37,965 bases of DNA, from positions 1 to 37,965 of the IMG/VR virus record IMGVR_UViG_3300024325_000122. One strand, 5' to 3'. The position numbers were made by a program, and so were the translations under genes. The notes under the pieces were generated by a model. It worked only from the letters and a program-made list of their open reading frames with translations. It ran no database searches and was not told where the DNA came from. Shown here one piece after another: positions 8,396-17,647 of the stretch (position 1 is the stretch's first letter; every line of letters begins with the position of its first letter). The DNA is from a virus (lineage: Duplodnaviria > Caudoviricetes).

Positions 8396-8886
8396 TGCCC
8401 CGGAAGCCCTCGATCAAGCAGGCGAAAGCTATTGCCATCGCGGCGGAAAACGGTGGAAACATCAGCCGGGCCATGCGTGAGGCCGGTTACTCTCCAATGA
8501 CGGCGAAGAACCCGGACAAGCTCACCAAGAGCCGCGCTTTCCAAGAGGTTCTCGACAAGTTCCTACCCGAAGATCTTCTCGGCCAAGCTCACGCGGCTCT
8601 CCTCGGCCTGAAGGAACTCAAGCAGACACCGTTTTTCTACAAGCTCCCCGACGACCAGGTGCGCGCCATCGTAGAGTCCCAAGGGTTCACGTTCATCTCG
8701 GCCAAGCGATTCATGACGAACGCCTACGTCTACTTCACCGTGCCTGACGGTAACGCGATGAAGTCGGCTCTCGACATGGCCTACAAGCTCAGAGGCTCCT
8801 ACGCCCCCGAGAAGTCGGTCAACCTCAACCTCACGAAGACCATCCCGGCCGTCATTCAACAACTCGAAGAGGATGCCGGGACGTGA
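8392..8886 (+). CDS. Putative terminase small subunit
   Basis: N-terminal HTH-like ISRAMREAGYSPMTA; ALDMAYKLRGSYAPEK; located upstream of TerL. Confidence 0.7.
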   Translation: MMPRKPSIKQAKAIAIAAENGGNISRAMREAGYSPMTAKNPDKLTKSRAFQEVLDKFLPEDLLGQAHAALLGLKELKQTPFFYKLPDDQVRAIVESQGFTFISAKRFMTNAYVYFTVPDGNAMKSALDMAYKLRGSYAPEKSVNLNLTKTIPAVIQQLEEDAGT

Positions 8887-9073
8887 TCTAACGATTCACA
8901 TTCGCGGTAACCGCGGACCCGCACGGTTCAAGGCCCTCATTCGTCTCCGTCGTCAAGCAGACACTCCCTACGCCGAAGCCATGATGCAGAACTTCGTGGA
9001 GCGCATGGAGCTCGTGCTCGATGACGACATCCTAGCCATCGTCGAGAAGATCACCGTGAACACGGAGGAATGA
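8873..9073 (+). CDS. Hypothetical protein
   Basis: Overlapping ORF bridging TerS and TerL. Confidence 0.6.
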   Translation: MPGRDLTIHIRGNRGPARFKALIRLRRQADTPYAEAMMQNFVERMELVLDDDILAIVEKITVNTEE

Positions 9074-10668
9074 CGGATGCCGAAGCAAAACTAAAGCTGT
9101 CCGATCGTCTCTGGCGCCTGTCCCACCTTTACAAGATCAAGACGAAGGACATGCGCCTCGCGACCTTCCGGCCGAACCCGGCCCAGGTTGCCTACCTCGC
9201 CGAAGAATCAGACCGCGACATCATCGTCAAAGCCCGCCAGCTCGGGATGACGACCCTGAAGGCAGTCGAGCTGCTCGACTTCTCCGTCACGACCCCGAAC
9301 GCGAACGCCTGTCTCATCGCGCACGAGCGGGACAAGGTTCAGAAGCTCTTCGAGATCATCCGCCTGGCCTACGACAAGATGCCGCCGGAACTTCGTCCGG
9401 TAGCGAAGTACGACAACCGCAACGAGCTTTCCTTCCCGGCCCTCAACTCCAAGGTGTTCGTCGCCCTCGATACTCGCGGCGAAACAATCCACAACCTGCA
9501 TGTCTCCGAGGTCGCCTACATCGAGCGCGCCGAGGAGAAGATGCTCGGCATCCTCGAATCCGTCCCCAAGGACGGGATCATTTCGTTCGAGTCCACCGCG
9601 AACGGCATGAGCGGGTACTTCTACGACACCTGGGAAGACTCACGCTCCGAGTTCCGCAAGCACTTCCTGGCGTGGTTCCTAGACCCTGACTACGTCGAGA
9701 GGACCGGGAAGACCCTCGCGGAGCTGATCGCGGAGTACGAGCCGTTACAGCTCCAGTACGGGCTCATTCCCAAGATTTGGCAGCAGTGCAGCCTCTCTCC
9801 CGAACAGTTTGCCTTCTACATCGGTAAGGTCCGCAGGCACAAAGCGAAGGTCGTTCAGGAGTACCCCTCGACCGCACTCGAAGCCTTCATCGCGTCCGGT
9901 CGGAACGTGTTCCACCCTTCGGACCTTCAGAAGCATCAGCCGCAGGCTCCCGTCGAGCGGATGTACCAGTCCCTCATGATCTACGAGAAGCCGCAGCCAG
10001 GCTTCCGGTACACCATGGGTATCGACCCGGCTGAAGGAACCGGCAGAGACAACTCCGTCATCGAGGTCCTGAACGCCTACACGGGGGAGCAAGCCGCCGA
10101 GTTCGCCGACAACCAGATCCAGCCCGACGAGCTGGCCGACTACGCCATCTCGATTGGCAAGATGTTCAACAACGCCTTCATGGTCCCGGAGGTCAATGCC
10201 CACGGCCTTGCCTTCGTGAACCGGGTCAAGACGAGGTACGCGAACGTCTACCGCCGCGAGCACTTCGACAAAACCAGTAACAGCTCAAGCTACTCACTCG
10301 GTTGGAAGACAACCATGGTTACTAAGCCGATCCTTGTCGATGACCTCGAAGAAGCAACTCGGACCGAGACCATTCACGTGCGCTCTGAAGAAGCTTTGAA
10401 AGAGATGAAGGTGTTCGTCCGTCTCGAGGAGTCAGGGAAGCACGGGTTTGGAGCTGAAGGCTCGAAGCACGACGACCGGGTTATCGCTCTGGGGTTGGCT
10501 CTTCAGGGCGTGAAGCATCTTCCGAAGATGGCGACTCCGAAGAGTGACGCTCAGAAACGGCTAGAGGAGTACATCAGGGACCAGCAGACCGCTCACTACT
10601 TCCCGAATCGTCAGGAGCAGGCGCGGGGGAGGAAGAGGTACCGGATCAGAGGGCGCGAAGCGGCCTAG
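9070..10668 (+). CDS. terL: Terminase large subunit
   Basis: KARQLGMTT Walker A, LHVSEVA Walker B, ESTANG, GIDPAEG, HDDRV nuclease motifs. Confidence 0.95.
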   Translation: MTDAEAKLKLSDRLWRLSHLYKIKTKDMRLATFRPNPAQVAYLAEESDRDIIVKARQLGMTTLKAVELLDFSVTTPNANACLIAHERDKVQKLFEIIRLAYDKMPPELRPVAKYDNRNELSFPALNSKVFVALDTRGETIHNLHVSEVAYIERAEEKMLGILESVPKDGIISFESTANGMSGYFYDTWEDSRSEFRKHFLAWFLDPDYVERTGKTLAELIAEYEPLQLQYGLIPKIWQQCSLSPEQFAFYIGKVRRHKAKVVQEYPSTALEAFIASGRNVFHPSDLQKHQPQAPVERMYQSLMIYEKPQPGFRYTMGIDPAEGTGRDNSVIEVLNAYTGEQAAEFADNQIQPDELADYAISIGKMFNNAFMVPEVNAHGLAFVNRVKTRYANVYRREHFDKTSNSSSYSLGWKTTMVTKPILVDDLEEATRTETIHVRSEEALKEMKVFVRLEESGKHGFGAEGSKHDDRVIALGLALQGVKHLPKMATPKSDAQKRLEEYIRDQQTAHYFPNRQEQARGRKRYRIRGREAA

Positions 10669-10928
10669 TGATGGAAGAGCCGCGCGATGACCTCGACAGC
10701 CGGAGGGATTGCGAGGATGGAGAGGACCAAGGTCAGCACAATCAGAACGACCGTTAGCTTCTCCAGCCGTTTCGACGACTCGTGGATCTTCAGCACTGCT
10801 CGGCGGAGCACCTCCGTCTTCACATCCTCCGGAAACGATCCATTCGCGCTGAATGTCTGCTTCCAGCGGTCCATCAGCTCATCATCCGAAACGTTCAGCA
10901 CATGCTTGAAATCGTATGGCTCGCTCAT
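10665..10928 (-). CDS. Moron: small protein with C-terminal transmembrane helix
   Basis: Antisense ORF between terL and portal; TACGAT 6 nt upstream of ATG 10928; LTVVLIVLTLVLSILAI. Confidence 0.7.
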   Translation of the reverse strand: MSEPYDFKHVLNVSDDELMDRWKQTFSANGSFPEDVKTEVLRRAVLKIHESSKRLEKLTVVLIVLTLVLSILAIPPAVEVIARLFHH

Positions 10929-10938
10929 GCGCCTATCG

Positions 10939-10983
10939 TAATCCACAGCTTTGCCGATTGGCCGTTTGACAGCGTGCTATAAA
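10939..10983 (+). promoter_or_regulatory. Portal promoter: DnaA-box-like site plus extended -10
   Basis: TAATCCACA (10939-10947); TGcTATAAA (10975-10983). Confidence 0.55.
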
Positions 10984-10999
10984 TAAAGCAACTCCATCG

Positions 11000-13120
11000 A
11001 TGCCTCGCACCAAACCCTCCGCAAAAGCTTCATCGAAAGATACCGAGCAGTCTGAAGCTACTCCAGCCACGACCCTGAACGTGAAGCCTCTGGCTGAGGA
11101 GAAGGAGAACGGCTCCAACTACTCCCCGACCGGCACCGAAGGCAAGGTCCACAAGCAGTACCTCCGCCGCAAGCAGGAGATCCTCCAGAGCCGCACCAAC
11201 GTCTCCGGCATCAACATCGACCAGAAGATGCGGGAGTGGGACAAGAACTACTTCAACCGCGATGCGGACATCCCGCCGGCTGAAGTTGACGTAGACCAGC
11301 GCCCCATCGCCATCAACCGCGCGTACGGCAAGGTTCAGACTGCCCTCGGCATCCTCGTCGATCGCAATCCCACCTACGTCCTGAACGAGAACATCGCGAA
11401 GTTCCGGGGCAACCGCGAGATCATCCGCGCCCTCGCGAACGCCTCCTGGAAGAACTCGAACAGCCTCGGGCAGTTCAAGCTCTCCGTCTTCAACTGCGCC
11501 AAGCGCGGTTTTTTCGTCGGCAGGACCTACAACCGCATCATCGCGAACATGGGCCGGTTCCCGAAGACCATGGAGTCGAACGGCCGCATCAGGTACGAAT
11601 CCAGACTCGTCACTCACATGGACGACATCGGCTACGTGAACCTCGACAACCGAAACGTCTGGATCGATGAAGCCGCACGCCCGGAGGACATGTACTCGAT
11701 CCGCGATTGGGCATGGCGCGAGGTCTGGCACATCGACGACATCAAGGCCACGTTCCCCCTCGCTGAGTTCCCGAACATGAGGTACGTCCACTCCGGCGGC
11801 AACACCCAGGAGACGATCTACGGCAGCTCTCAAAGCGAAGGCAACATGTCCGTGACTCAGGCCCGTGAACACAAGAAGGGCATGACCGAGATCTTCTTCT
11901 ACGAGAACTACAAGACCGACTGGTTCATCATCGAGATCAACGGCGTCATGGTGGTTTGGGAGCCCCTGCCGCAGTACCACAAGCGCATCTCGCTCGTCAC
12001 CGGCCTTTGGTCCCTCCGAAGCGCCGAGGACATCTACGGCATCGGCGTTATCGAGGCGATGGAGCGGTCTGAATCCCTCATTGACCGCATCAACAACATG
12101 GACCTTCGCCAGCTCCTGCTCTCGATCAACCCGCCGGGTTTTTACTCAGGGACCGAGGACTTCGAGAACGAAGAGATCAGGCTGAAGGCAGGCGTCCTCC
12201 GGCGTACCCTGAACCCCAAAGACATCACCTGGCTGCAGATCCCGAAGCCTGACGATGGAGCACCAAAGCGCATCGCACAGATCCAGCAGGACGAGGACAG
12301 AGATACCGGCATCACGAGAGCCGTTGAAGGTGACCCCTCTGCGCAGAACAGCAACGACACCGCGTTCGAACTCGGCCTCGACAAGGAAGCGGCTCTAAAG
12401 CGTCTCAGAATCCCCCTCAAGTCGTTCCAGAGCGCCCTCGAATGGGAGGCGAAGAACCGCATCGCTCTCATACAGCAGACCTATTCTGATTTTCAGGTTG
12501 AGCACATCGCTGACCAAGACGACATCTTTGACTACCTCGACGAAGTGAAGAAGGACCCGGCGTATTACTACATCGAGAACGAAGGCAAGTCAGGTGAGGA
12601 GAAGTTTTTCAAGAAGCAGTATCGCGAAGTTTCTCTCGCCGTTGAGCAGGACGAGAAGGGCAACTTCATCGAGACAGACCATGAGGCGTTCTTCAAGGTG
12701 AAGCCCGAATGGCTCGCGTGGTCCGGTTCCGTGAGCGTCGATATGGACTCGCTCTTGGTTCAGTCAGACCAGGTGGAACAGGCCCAGACCATCAAGCTCA
12801 CGAACCTCCTCATGCCTATCTTCCAACTCGGTCCTGAGATCGGAAAGAAACCGGCTGAACAGCTCCTTCAGGCCCACAACAAAGACCCGAAGAAGTGGCT
12901 CCCTGATGCGTGGCTGAACCCTCCACAGAAAGAGGTCAAGCCGAACCTTCCTCCCGCTCTTGCAGCGCTCGCCGACCGGAACAAAGCAGCTCCAGGCGGC
13001 GCACCAACTGCCGACCCTGCCGCTCCCTCTTCCTCAGCTCCCCAATCTCAAACGCTAGTACCTCCGGGCGCAGTCGATACCGGAACACCACGCGGAATGC
13101 CGAATGCCGCTGTTGCGTGA
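11000..13120 (+). CDS. Portal protein (podovirus type)
   Basis: 706 aa, directly after TerL; IYGIGVIE and TAFE portal-like motifs, Pro/Ala-rich tail. Confidence 0.88.
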   Translation: MPRTKPSAKASSKDTEQSEATPATTLNVKPLAEEKENGSNYSPTGTEGKVHKQYLRRKQEILQSRTNVSGINIDQKMREWDKNYFNRDADIPPAEVDVDQRPIAINRAYGKVQTALGILVDRNPTYVLNENIAKFRGNREIIRALANASWKNSNSLGQFKLSVFNCAKRGFFVGRTYNRIIANMGRFPKTMESNGRIRYESRLVTHMDDIGYVNLDNRNVWIDEAARPEDMYSIRDWAWREVWHIDDIKATFPLAEFPNMRYVHSGGNTQETIYGSSQSEGNMSVTQAREHKKGMTEIFFYENYKTDWFIIEINGVMVVWEPLPQYHKRISLVTGLWSLRSAEDIYGIGVIEAMERSESLIDRINNMDLRQLLLSINPPGFYSGTEDFENEEIRLKAGVLRRTLNPKDITWLQIPKPDDGAPKRIAQIQQDEDRDTGITRAVEGDPSAQNSNDTAFELGLDKEAALKRLRIPLKSFQSALEWEAKNRIALIQQTYSDFQVEHIADQDDIFDYLDEVKKDPAYYYIENEGKSGEEKFFKKQYREVSLAVEQDEKGNFIETDHEAFFKVKPEWLAWSGSVSVDMDSLLVQSDQVEQAQTIKLTNLLMPIFQLGPEIGKKPAEQLLQAHNKDPKKWLPDAWLNPPQKEVKPNLPPALAALADRNKAAPGGAPTADPAAPSSSAPQSQTLVPPGAVDTGTPRGMPNAAVA

Positions 13121-13340
13121 GAACCGGCACTTTCGTGCCCAGTGTGCCCTCATCGTCGCGCAGCACGAGGAGACCATCAAAGCGATCCTCGAAGACGAAA
13201 TGGCCACGATGTCAAAAGACGCCACGATCGGCGACAGCGAGTTCGAGATCGTGAAGTCAGCGATCTACACCGCTGGACTCAAGGAAGGCATGAAGCGCGT
13301 ACTAGCCAAACTCCACGAATATGCCCGAAGAGAAAATTGA
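13104..13340 (+). CDS. Hypothetical protein (post-portal)
   Basis: Overlap-coupled small helical ORF. Confidence 0.7.
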   Translation: MPLLRENRHFRAQCALIVAQHEETIKAILEDEMATMSKDATIGDSEFEIVKSAIYTAGLKEGMKRVLAKLHEYARREN

Positions 13341-13740
13341 ACGAACTTGGCAGATCAAGGCTCCGAACTCCGGCACCGTGTTCGACTTCCGGCCGATCTT
13401 CCTCGCGAACGAGGAGACCGGCGAAGTGGAGTGCAAAGAAATCCAGGTCAAGGTTGACGGCAAGGTCCACAAGTTCGCCTACGACAACCTCTACATGTTC
13501 ATGTACTTCGTCTCGAACGAGGAGATGCGCCGGAAGCTCATGCAGCGATACGAGCAGCAGATCACGAACATCCCGTACGACGTCACCTTCAAGCTCGACA
13601 AGAACGAACGCGAGACCGGCATGGCGAAGCGCCGCATCACGCTTCAGGTTGGCGAGATCGCCATGGCCATGGTCCGTTCTGAAGCCGAGATGCTCCGAAG
13701 CAAAGACCCCACCATCAAAAAGATATTCAAAGGAACCTAA
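13321..13740 (+). CDS. Hypothetical protein
   Basis: Overlap-coupled ORF with phage codon style. Confidence 0.75.
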   Translation: MPEEKIERTWQIKAPNSGTVFDFRPIFLANEETGEVECKEIQVKVDGKVHKFAYDNLYMFMYFVSNEEMRRKLMQRYEQQITNIPYDVTFKLDKNERETGMAKRRITLQVGEIAMAMVRSEAEMLRSKDPTIKKIFKGT

Positions 13741-13766
13741 AGGTCGTAACCAACAACAACACGAAC

Positions 13767-13925
13767 ATGGATGAAAACCAGAACGTCCCCGAGGTCCAGG
13801 AGGAAGCCGCCGAGCAAGCCGCTGCGGTTGTGGCTCCGGCTGTTGAAGTACCTGAAGCCGAGGAAGCGGCCATTGAACCTGCCGGCCCGGAAGAAGTAGC
13901 AGCTGAAGAAGAAGCCACGGTCTAA
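13767..13925 (+). CDS. 52-aa Glu/Ala-rich acidic peptide (below ORF cutoff)
   Basis: MDENQNVPEVQEEAAEQAAAVVAPAVEVPEAEEAAIEPAGPEEVAAEEEATV; A/C-rich leader. Confidence 0.6.
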   Translation: MDENQNVPEVQEEAAEQAAAVVAPAVEVPEAEEAAIEPAGPEEVAAEEEATV

Positions 13926-13965
13926 AACCCGTGGTTCACGTCGCAAGTAACCCAATACAACATCA

Positions 13966-14661
13966 ATGCAGAAATGCGAAACGTGCGGCAAGGACTACAA
14001 GAACCTCGCCGCGCATCAAAGGTCCGCGCACGCTGAGCCGCTAGGCGAGAAAGCACTCGCCACGCTCGCAGCGGAGGAAACCACTGCCGTTCCAACTGCG
14101 CCTGCTCCTTCCTCCATGGAGGCGATGATGGGCGAAGTCCTCGGCATGGTCCGAACGATCAGCCAAAAACAGGAGGCAGCCGACAAACGCCTCGACCGCA
14201 TCGAAACAGGCGGCGCGAACGACTTCAAGCACGGCAAGACTGCCGAAGACGTAGCGGCCGCGGAGCAATCCAAGGAGAACATCAACCCCCGCGTCGTCCA
14301 GATCGTCGAAGAGACCCTCGGCGACGACTTCAGAGTTCAGATGAGGCCTCAGAAGGACCGCCCAGGTTTAGAGTTCACCGTCATCGTTCCTCCCCGACTG
14401 TCCGATCTCGCGAGCGAAGAGCGTCCGATCATCGACCCAGAGAGCACTCACCCGAGGCACTACAAACTCGATCAATACGGCGAGGTGATCTTCGAGACCT
14501 ATCATCCGGAGGACCGCCGCACCCGCGCCGTCTCCTCGACCGACAGTTACGACGTTATCCGCGAGCACTGCGAGCGTATCCGCGCTCACATCATCGCCAC
14601 GTTCCAGAAGACGAACCGGCCAGTCCCCGAGTTCAAGCTGCGCCAATCAGTCCGTCTCTAA
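13966..14661 (+). CDS. Hypothetical protein with N-terminal C2H2-type zinc finger
   Basis: CETCGKDYKNLAAHQRSAH. Confidence 0.8.
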   Translation: MQKCETCGKDYKNLAAHQRSAHAEPLGEKALATLAAEETTAVPTAPAPSSMEAMMGEVLGMVRTISQKQEAADKRLDRIETGGANDFKHGKTAEDVAAAEQSKENINPRVVQIVEETLGDDFRVQMRPQKDRPGLEFTVIVPPRLSDLASEERPIIDPESTHPRHYKLDQYGEVIFETYHPEDRRTRAVSSTDSYDVIREHCERIRAHIIATFQKTNRPVPEFKLRQSVRL

Positions 14662-14663
14662 CC

Positions 14664-15137
14664 ATGGCAAACCTAGCACTCAAGAACCAGCATCTCGTCG
14701 GGCTCTGCACCTGGCTTCAGGGACTCTCTCTCGCGGGGAAAGAGAGCCGCGAACGCACCCGGTTCGTCGCCCTCTGCATTCCCCGAATCAGTGAGATTGA
14801 GGGGTTGAAAGGCCAGCTCGTCGAGAAGTACTGCGAGAAGAACGAGGACGGCAGCCGCAAAACTGTCGAAAAGGACGGCCGAACCCATTGGGACATCCCG
14901 GCCGACCAGGAGGCGGCGTTCCGAAAGGACCTCGAAGAGCTCGACAACGAGCTGTTCATCATCGACCTCCTCGACGGGAATATCTCCAAGGTGAAGACCG
15001 TCCGCGAACTCGTCTTGAACACCGACTATAAGTTCGGTCCAACCGAGGAAGACGACGAGCTAGAGCGTGACGCGAAGGTCCGTTTGGCTCATGACTACTC
15101 CGAATGGTGCATCGCGTTTGAGATGCTCGAAGCGTAG
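14664..15137 (+). CDS. Hypothetical acidic protein (possible assembly chaperone)
   Basis: ORF in head operon; LVEKYCEKNEDG pattern. Confidence 0.7.
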   Translation: MANLALKNQHLVGLCTWLQGLSLAGKESRERTRFVALCIPRISEIEGLKGQLVEKYCEKNEDGSRKTVEKDGRTHWDIPADQEAAFRKDLEELDNELFIIDLLDGNISKVKTVRELVLNTDYKFGPTEEDDELERDAKVRLAHDYSEWCIAFEMLEA

Positions 15138-15143
15138 GTCAAG

Positions 15144-15189
15144 TTATCAACAGAAAACGAAAGCGACAGTATGTGAACGGTGGTATAAA
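15144..15189 (+). promoter_or_regulatory. Head-gene promoter: DnaA-box-like site plus extended -10
   Basis: TTATCAACA (15144-15152); TGgTATAAA (15181-15189). Confidence 0.6.
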
Positions 15190-15198
15190 TCAATCAAG

Positions 15199-15390
15199 TC
15201 GGTACCGTACCTTCACAGTAGAAACCTAGATCTCCGGGGATCAGGGCTAAGTGCTGGCAGAGAGCAATCTCGGTCAGTTTGTGCTCTGGCAGTAACGGTT
15301 CCCCGGAGGTCCCGTTGCAGCCGGCACTTAGCTCTCGATCCTCACGAGAGCTTTTTCTATATCGGGAGAACGCCACTCCTTGTCAGCCGA
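15199..15390 (+). ncRNA. Structured leader/ncRNA upstream of the scaffold gene
   Basis: 16-bp stem 15243-15258/15320-15335 with two G-U pairs (supports + strand RNA) enclosing two hairpins. Confidence 0.7.
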
Positions 15391-15429
15391 ACGCACGTTG
15401 CGCAAGGCACAAATGGTTGTTAATAGAAA

Positions 15430-16131
15430 ATGCCTGAACCAACTGAGGAAAAAGATCCGGTAGCCCCATCCGTGGACCAGCTACAGGAGCAGATCGCGAA
15501 CCTGAACAAGGCCATCGCGACTGAACGAGGACAACGACACGACACCGAGACGAAGTATTCGACACTCGAAACCGAGTTACGAGAACTCAAAACGAAGGTT
15601 GGAACTGCGATCGATCCGAAGCCCGTTGAACTCAAGCCCGAGGACGAAGAGAAACTTGAAGCCTTTGCCAAGAAAAAGGGGTTCGTCACAGCCGAAGAGC
15701 TGCAAGCCGAGCGAGCACGTCTCGCCGAACAGACGATCAGATCCTACGAGACGCAAGCGGTCACAGAGTTTCTCGAGAAACACCCCGAAGCGGACGACAA
15801 CGAGGTGTGGGCCAAAGTCCAGGAGGAGTTTCAGCTTTACAAGCAGCCGAACAACCTCGTGACCTACCGAGCCTTGCTCGCCCGCGTCTGGGAAGACGTG
15901 AACGACAAGAAAGGCAAGGCCAGAGAGGAAGGGAAAGCCGCCGCGAAAGCGGAAGCAGCCACCAATGCCCGCTTATCCCTCGGAGGAGGAACGCAGCCAT
16001 CGGATACCGATGACACGGACTCTCCCGAGAGTCTCCAGAAGAAATATCCACATCTCTCCAAAGAACAGATCGCATCGACGAAATCAGAACTCGCCGCGAT
16101 CATCAAGGAGCGAACCAAAGACAAAAAATAA
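15430..16131 (+). CDS. Capsid scaffolding protein
   Basis: Charged coiled-coil protein upstream of the capsid genes. Confidence 0.75.
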   Translation: MPEPTEEKDPVAPSVDQLQEQIANLNKAIATERGQRHDTETKYSTLETELRELKTKVGTAIDPKPVELKPEDEEKLEAFAKKKGFVTAEELQAERARLAEQTIRSYETQAVTEFLEKHPEADDNEVWAKVQEEFQLYKQPNNLVTYRALLARVWEDVNDKKGKAREEGKAAAKAEAATNARLSLGGGTQPSDTDDTDSPESLQKKYPHLSKEQIASTKSELAAIIKERTKDKK

Positions 16132-16560
16132 ATGGTCAAACTCTCCGACTCCCTTTACGGCAAGCTCCCGACCCTAACCGGCACGGTAGCGAGCCTGACG
16201 GCCGTCAAAGGCTCCTTGGTAGCCGCAGACCTCACGAACGCGAAACTTGTCGCCGTGACCGGTTCTGTCGGTACTACCCAGACCTTGATGGGTGTCCTTT
16301 CAAAGGCGGTTGCGAGCACCGACACCCTTGCCGAATGGAAGCCGCTGAACTCCGGCGTGTACTGCATCGTGGATTGCACGAACAACACCGCCGCGAACCA
16401 GCTCTTCAAGCGTCAAGCGATGACCGATGCTTCGACTGTTGCCAATACCTCCACCGACATCACGACTAACCTCGGGGTGTTCATGCCGCTCAAGGTCGTG
16501 GGCGCAGCCGCAGACAAAAAGCTGTACGGGTACTTCATTACCCTCGGCCAAACTACCTAA
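16132..16560 (+). CDS. Putative capsid cement/decoration protein
   Basis: Small Thr/Ala/Val-rich protein between scaffold and major capsid. Confidence 0.65.
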   Translation: MVKLSDSLYGKLPTLTGTVASLTAVKGSLVAADLTNAKLVAVTGSVGTTQTLMGVLSKAVASTDTLAEWKPLNSGVYCIVDCTNNTAANQLFKRQAMTDASTVANTSTDITTNLGVFMPLKVVGAAADKKLYGYFITLGQTT

Positions 16561-16567
16561 CATCTAA

Positions 16568-17572
16568 ATGAGCGCTAACCCTACAGCGGTGCCCTTCGAC
16601 ATCAACGCCGCGGCCGACCTGACCGACCTCTCCATTCAGGAGATCTGGATCAAGTCCCCGGCTGATGTGAAGGAGTACTTCCGCGACTACTACTACTCCG
16701 AACCGGTCTCTGACTACATCGTGAAGGATTCTTCCCTCACCTCCGTCTCGACCTTCGGCAAGATCCCAGAGAACGGCAACATTCCGGCAGGCTCCCCGGC
16801 GCAAGGTTTCAAGCAGACCTACACCCAGAGCTTCTTCGCAGGCATGATCCGTGTTACCCGCCCGATGTGGCGCTACGGCGTCCAGGCGCGCAAGCTCACG
16901 CAACTCGTTGACGAAGAGCGCAAAGACGCCATGCGTTTCCGCGAGACCGTCTTGGCGAACGTGTTGAACAACGCGACCTCCACGTCCTACACCGAAACTT
17001 CCGGTCCGTTCGCTTACTCCGTAACGAACACTGGCGGCGACGGCGTTGCCTTGCAGTCTGCCTCCCACACCCGTGAGGACGGCGGCACCAACTGGGCGAA
17101 CGTCATCACTGACGGCACCACGAACAACATGAGCTTCGACTACGGCGCATGGAAAGCAGCCCTCAAGACCGCTCAGGCGATCAAGGGAGGCGTCGGCGAA
17201 ATCTTGGACGTCGCACCTGATGCGATTCTCGTCAAAAAGAACTCCTCCGCCCACTTCCGCGCGCAGGAAGTTCTGAAGTCAATCGAGAAAGGTGAACGGC
17301 CTGGTACTACGAACCGAGACGGTTCGATCAGCGCTTCGTTCGAGATCCGCGCGAACCCGTATCTGACCTCAGACACGGCATGGGGCGCGATCGACACGAA
17401 CCTCATCGGTCCGAAGTTCGGCCTCCAGTACAAGGAGGGAATGCCTCTCACGATGGACCCTCAGTTCATCGACTACGACACGAAGGAGATCAAGTACTCG
17501 ATCGGATGCGACTTTGCTTACGGCTTCAACGACGTACGCAACCTCACCTGGTCCACTGGCTTGAACGCCTAG
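16568..17572 (+). CDS. Major capsid protein (HK97 fold)
   Basis: 334 aa; DGVALQSASH, NPYLTSDTAW, YGFNDVR motifs; position in head operon. Confidence 0.88.
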   Translation: MSANPTAVPFDINAAADLTDLSIQEIWIKSPADVKEYFRDYYYSEPVSDYIVKDSSLTSVSTFGKIPENGNIPAGSPAQGFKQTYTQSFFAGMIRVTRPMWRYGVQARKLTQLVDEERKDAMRFRETVLANVLNNATSTSYTETSGPFAYSVTNTGGDGVALQSASHTREDGGTNWANVITDGTTNNMSFDYGAWKAALKTAQAIKGGVGEILDVAPDAILVKKNSSAHFRAQEVLKSIEKGERPGTTNRDGSISASFEIRANPYLTSDTAWGAIDTNLIGPKFGLQYKEGMPLTMDPQFIDYDTKEIKYSIGCDFAYGFNDVRNLTWSTGLNA

Positions 17573-17579
17573 TCGCTTT

Positions 17580-17638
17580 GAGGGTGTGCGTGAACACCCT
17601 CCCAACTTACGAGACCGCTCTTTCCGCCGAGCCTCTCG
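17580..17638 (+). other. Two post-capsid hairpins
   Basis: GAGGGTGT-gcgtga-ACACCCTC, then CGAGA-cc-GCTC-tttccgcc-GAGC-c-TCTCG. Confidence 0.55.
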
Positions 17639-17647
17639 CCCCAGGAC

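Noticed and set aside
13900-13950. Frameshift extending the acidic peptide with KKKPRSKTRGSRRK
   Set aside because: No canonical slippery site; unsupported
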